Origin: Synechococcus sp. A15-28
Lineage (GTDB): Bacteria; Cyanobacteriota; Cyanobacteriia; PCC-6307; Cyanobiaceae
Direction of reading: 5' to 3'
DNA: 32,000 bases
NCBI RefSeq assembly: GCF_014280175.1
Contig: NZ_CP047931.1
Coordinates: 1,950,001-1,982,000, forward strand
The number at the start of each line of letters is the position of its first letter. The first letter of the stretch is position 1. The position numbers were made by a program, and so were the translations under genes. This document shows, piece after piece, positions 28,454 to 32,000 of this stretch. A model generated the notes under the pieces. That model ran no database searches and was not told where the DNA came from. It worked only from the letters and a program-made list of their open reading frames with translations.

Positions 28454-28591
28454 GATCGCAGTGAATGCCGTCCTGACCGTAGGGAGTGTTTTCGGTCGCC
28501 ATCAAGGCCAAAACGGTCTGAGCTGTGACCAGGTGCAACCAACCCTGCCCTCGGCCCGTCAGGATGAGAAAGCTGGAGGTGCCGGCTCACG

Positions 28592-28849
28592 ATGCTCAAC
28601 TCTCTCTTCCCCCTGCTTTACGGCACGTTGTTTGTGGCCCTGCTCTGGCAAGCCTTCCGGGTCATGGGCAAGGGATTCCGCGCCGCCAGTGGCCCGATTG
28701 CTGAACCGAAGGATCGGACTGGACGCGTCACCGTGCACCCTGAGCTCCTGGACAACGAAGGCAAGATTACCGATGAAGCCCTGCTGACCGTGCGATTCAG
28801 CGGCGATGACGACACCTCAGGTGAAGCTGCAGGACCGGGCGCTGAATAA
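28592..28849 (+). CDS. DUF2973-like small membrane protein
   Basis: 85 aa; MLNSLFPLLYGTLFVALLWQAFRVM...RTGRVTVHPELLDNEGKITDEALLTVRF. Confidence 0.7.
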   Translation: MLNSLFPLLYGTLFVALLWQAFRVMGKGFRAASGPIAEPKDRTGRVTVHPELLDNEGKITDEALLTVRFSGDDDTSGEAAGPGAE

Positions 28850-28907
28850 GTTGGTGCATTGATGCCGACTTCCGGCATCGACCAGGAAACGATCGGGGGA
28901 CGTCCGA

Positions 28908-29291
28908 GTGGATCAGAAAACACGCATCGTTGCTGCCGTGATCAAAGGGGTGAAACTGCCTCCCCGCTTCCGGCTGCGCCTGCTGAAGGAAGACCCCGTG
29001 CGGCTGGAGCTGAGCCTCACCCCCGCCTACGGCAAGGAGCCGGTGACGGTGGGGCTGGTGGAATCGTTGGACCTGGTGGCGCGACGCGATCGTGAGGGGC
29101 GCATCCCCCGGGACCTGCAGGGCACCTGGGACTGGACCGTGCGCCATGGCCAGGTGAGCACCGGTGGCTGGAATCCCTACCTGAAGGAAGCTCTTCAAAC
29201 AATGTTTGAAACCGGTCTGCCAGCCATTGTTTTCGAGGAATTGACCGGCGAGGAATATCACCCTGTGGATGGCACCCGACACGTGCGCTGA
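28908..29291 (+). CDS. Conserved-looking cyanobacterial protein, unknown function
   Basis: 127-aa ORF with good coding character (LPPRFRLRLLKEDPVRLELSLTPAYGKEPVTVGLVESLDLVARRDREG...GTWDW...). Confidence 0.65.
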   Translation: MDQKTRIVAAVIKGVKLPPRFRLRLLKEDPVRLELSLTPAYGKEPVTVGLVESLDLVARRDREGRIPRDLQGTWDWTVRHGQVSTGGWNPYLKEALQTMFETGLPAIVFEELTGEEYHPVDGTRHVR

Positions 29292-29390
29292 GGCACCGAG
29301 CCCTCGGAATGTGAAGGCGTGCGAATCACGACAGCCCCAACGCCCCAGCCGAGCTAGGACGGAACCAATTCGGCCTTTAAGGTTTTCTTC

Positions 29391-29495
29391 ATGGCCTCTC
29401 TCTCGACGTCCATGGGCCCGCTGGTCAGGCTGCTTGCAGCCCTTGGCGCCATCAGCAGTTTGCTGCTGATGGCGGTCCTTAATCTTGTGCGTTGA
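29391..29495 (+). CDS. 34-aa single-pass membrane micropeptide (unannotated in the track)
   Basis: ATG at 29391: MASLSTSMGPLVRLLAALGAISSLLLMAVLNLVR, TGA at 29493-29495. A TAAGG-like element lies about 10 nt upstream. The stop overlaps the hrpB start. Confidence 0.45.
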   Translation: MASLSTSMGPLVRLLAALGAISSLLLMAVLNLVR

Positions 29496-32000
29496 CCCTC
29501 GAAGCCAGGCAAACGCCCTACCCGATCGATGCACTCCTGCCTGAGCTCTGCGACCAATTCCAGCCAGGTTGCACGCTGCTGCTGCAGGCCCCACCAGGCG
29601 CCGGAAAAACCACCCGGGTCCCCCTCGCCCTGATTGGAGCCCTCGCAGGCCAGCGCTGCCGAGAGGGACGGATCTGGATGATTGAGCCGCGACGGCTGGC
29701 GGCCCGGGCCGCTGCATCCCGCCTGGCATCAAGCCTGCAGGAACCGCTGGGAGAGCGCATCGGATTCGCCGTGCGCGGCGAACAGCGGCGGTCCGCCCGA
29801 ACCCAGGTGGAGGTCATCACCGACGGCCTGTTTCTGCGACGGCTGCAATCCGATCCCTCCCTCGAGGGGGTGAGCTGTGTGCTGTTTGACGAATTTCACG
29901 AACGGCGCCGCGATACCGACCTCGCCTTTGCCTTGCTGCGGGAAGCGGCCCCTCTGCTGCGGCCGGATCTGAGCCTGATGCTGATGTCAGCCACCCTGGA
30001 TATCGCCGACCTGCAGGCACGGCTGCCGGAGGCCACGCTGCTGACCAGTGAGGGACGGAGCCACCCGGTGGAGACCCTGCACCAACCCCCGCGGACCGAT
30101 GAACCCCTGGCGCAGCAAGTGCTCCGCGCCGTGGAGACCCATGCCCTCGATCTGCCGCGGGGCAGTGGCGTGTTGGTGTTTCTCCCAGGCCTGGCGGAGA
30201 TCGAGCGCTGCCGGGAACGGCTGGGCCACGCCAACGCCCTGCGGCACTGGCAGGTGTGTGCCCTCCACGGCCAGCTGCCCCTGGAACGCCAGAGCGAAGC
30301 CTTGAAATGCTGCCCCGCCGACCTGGACGGCAAGCTGGTGCTGGCCAGCAGCATCGCCGAAAGTTCGGTCACCATTGATGGGGTTCGGCTGGTGATCGAC
30401 AGCGGCCTCAGCCGGCAGCTGCGCTTTGACCCGAACACTGGAATGGAGGGATTGGAGACCGTTCCCGCCAGCCTCGCGAGCGCGGATCAACGGCGGGGCA
30501 GGGCCGGACGACAGGGCCCTGGCTGCTGCATCCGGCTGTGGTCTCCGGCCGAGCAACAACACCGACCCACGTTCAGTCCACCGGAACTGCTGCTGGCGGA
30601 CCCCCAACCGGTGGTGATGGAGCTGGCGGGATGGGGAGCTGGGCTGGGGGATGCCCTCCCCTGGCTGGATCCGCCACCGCAGGCCGCCCTGCGGGAAGGG
30701 CAAGGGGTGCTCAAGAGCCTCGGCATCCTCCACCAGGACGGACGCTTGAGCCCCATCGGCCAACAGCTGACGCAGCTGGGGGTGCACCCTCGGCTGGGCC
30801 TGTTGATGGTGGAGGCACAGCGCCATGGCTGCAGCCGCCTGGGGTGCGATCTGGCCGCCCTGCTGAGTGACCGGGATCCGCTGTCTGCCCCGGAGGTGGG
30901 CTGTGACCTGGGAGCCCGGCTTGAGGCCATGCAGCAGCAGAAACGCTGCAGGCCCCTGCGGGAGCTGAGCCGTCAACTGGAGCGACAACTGGCGCGCCTG
31001 GCGATTCCTCCAGACGAGGACAGCCAGGGCATCGACAGCGTCCAGCTGATCCTCACCGCGTTCCCCAACTGGCTGGCCTTGCAACGCCCTGGTCAATCGG
31101 GGCGCTATCGGCTGCGTCAGGGGCGTGGGGCCACCCTCCGTCCTGGGGACCCCCTTGACGGATCAGAGGCCTTGGCGGTGGCCAGATTGGACATGGGGCA
31201 ACGGGACACCAGGATTCAGCTGGCCCTGCCCCTCAGCCGCGAACGGATGGAACAGCTGGCCGTCGAACAAGGGGAATGGCTGGATCAGGTCGCCTGGGAT
31301 GACAACGCGGGACGGATCCGGGCTGAGCGGCAGCTGCGGCTGGGTGAACTGGTGCTTCGCCAGGAGGCACAACCGGCGCCCTCGACCGAGCAGTGTCGGG
31401 ATCTTCTCCTGAGCCGATTCAAGGAGTCCGAACGGCTTGAGCTGCTGCCCTGGACAGACGATTGCGAACAACTGAGGCGTCGCCTGGCGCTGGCGCACCG
31501 CCACATGGGGGCCTCTTGGCCCAAGCGGGACCGCAGAACGCTGCTTGAGGCTCCCGAACAGTGGCTTGGACCCTGCCTGGAAGGCTGCCTCAGCTGGAAA
31601 GACCTGGATGAAGGCAGCCTGCAGGAGGCCCTCTGGGGTGATCTGAGCTGGAGTCAGCGTCAGGACCTGAATCGGTTGCTGCCCCTGCGCCTGAGCATCC
31701 CCTCCGGCCGGGAAGCACGGCTCCGCTACGAAGAGGACGATGTGGTGCTTGCCGTCAAATTGCAGGAGATGTTTGGCTGCCAGGACGGCCCCACCGTTCT
31801 CGACAACCGACTGGCGGTGACGGTGGAGCTGCTCTCTCCTGCCGGCCGCCCCCTGCAGAGAACCCGTGATCTCGGCGGCTTTTGGCGCGGCAGCTACAGC
31901 GATGTGAGGCGCGAGATGCGGGGCCGCTATCCCAAACATCCCTGGCCGGACAACCCCCTGGAGGCCACAGCGACGGCCTACACCAAGCATCGGCCTGTTA
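29492..32000 (+). CDS. hrpB: ATP-dependent helicase HrpB; 3' end outside the window
   Basis: Translated directly from TTG at 29492 (in-frame TAA at 29480-29482 rules out earlier starts): ...GCTLLLQAPPGAGKTTRVPLALIGAL, RIWMIEPRRLAARAAASRL, VLFDEFHERR, and near the edge DNPLEATATAYTKHRPV. Confidence 0.92.
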   Translation, partial: MTLEARQTPYPIDALLPELCDQFQPGCTLLLQAPPGAGKTTRVPLALIGALAGQRCREGRIWMIEPRRLAARAAASRLASSLQEPLGERIGFAVRGEQRRSARTQVEVITDGLFLRRLQSDPSLEGVSCVLFDEFHERRRDTDLAFALLREAAPLLRPDLSLMLMSATLDIADLQARLPEATLLTSEGRSHPVETLHQPPRTDEPLAQQVLRAVETHALDLPRGSGVLVFLPGLAEIERCRERLGHANALRHWQVCALHGQLPLERQSEALKCCPADLDGKLVLASSIAESSVTIDGVRLVIDSGLSRQLRFDPNTGMEGLETVPASLASADQRRGRAGRQGPGCCIRLWSPAEQQHRPTFSPPELLLADPQPVVMELAGWGAGLGDALPWLDPPPQAALREGQGVLKSLGILHQDGRLSPIGQQLTQLGVHPRLGLLMVEAQRHGCSRLGCDLAALLSDRDPLSAPEVGCDLGARLEAMQQQKRCRPLRELSRQLERQLARLAIPPDEDSQGIDSVQLILTAFPNWLALQRPGQSGRYRLRQGRGATLRPGDPLDGSEALAVARLDMGQRDTRIQLALPLSRERMEQLAVEQGEWLDQVAWDDNAGRIRAERQLRLGELVLRQEAQPAPSTEQCRDLLLSRFKESERLELLPWTDDCEQLRRRLALAHRHMGASWPKRDRRTLLEAPEQWLGPCLEGCLSWKDLDEGSLQEALWGDLSWSQRQDLNRLLPLRLSIPSGREARLRYEEDDVVLAVKLQEMFGCQDGPTVLDNRLAVTVELLSPAGRPLQRTRDLGGFWRGSYSDVRREMRGRYPKHPWPDNPLEATATAYTKHRPV

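Overview
This window looks like ordinary core genome from a high-GC marine picocyanobacterium (Synechococcus-like). That placement is inferred from psbA, the gene families and the compact layout; I ran no database search. Supported content, left to right: a B12-binding/radical-SAM protein (partial, minus); psbA encoding a D1 with Glu130 (high-light type); pgm; a membrane protein plus RND efflux pump operon; rarA with a large extra C-terminal region; an AT-rich segment with a standalone DUF1400-like secreted protein; a PPTase; a bcp/prxQ-type peroxiredoxin; coaX; cysH; a type II NADH dehydrogenase-like protein; hflX; an SLC13/RCK permease followed by ktrB- and ktrA-like genes; anmK; several small ORFs including an RHH-type protein and a Nif11-like protein; an ABC-F ATPase; an HtrA/Deg protease; a DUF2973-like protein; an unannotated 34-aa membrane micropeptide; and hrpB (partial). 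I found no tRNA/rRNA, CRISPR array, transposase, integrase or recognisable defence or biosynthetic cluster. I do not see a convincing new system. The best second-look items are the psbA 5' leader hairpins, the 34-aa membrane peptide overlapping the hrpB TTG start, the AT-rich DUF1400 island, the RarA fusion and the Nif11-like ORF ending in GG-L.
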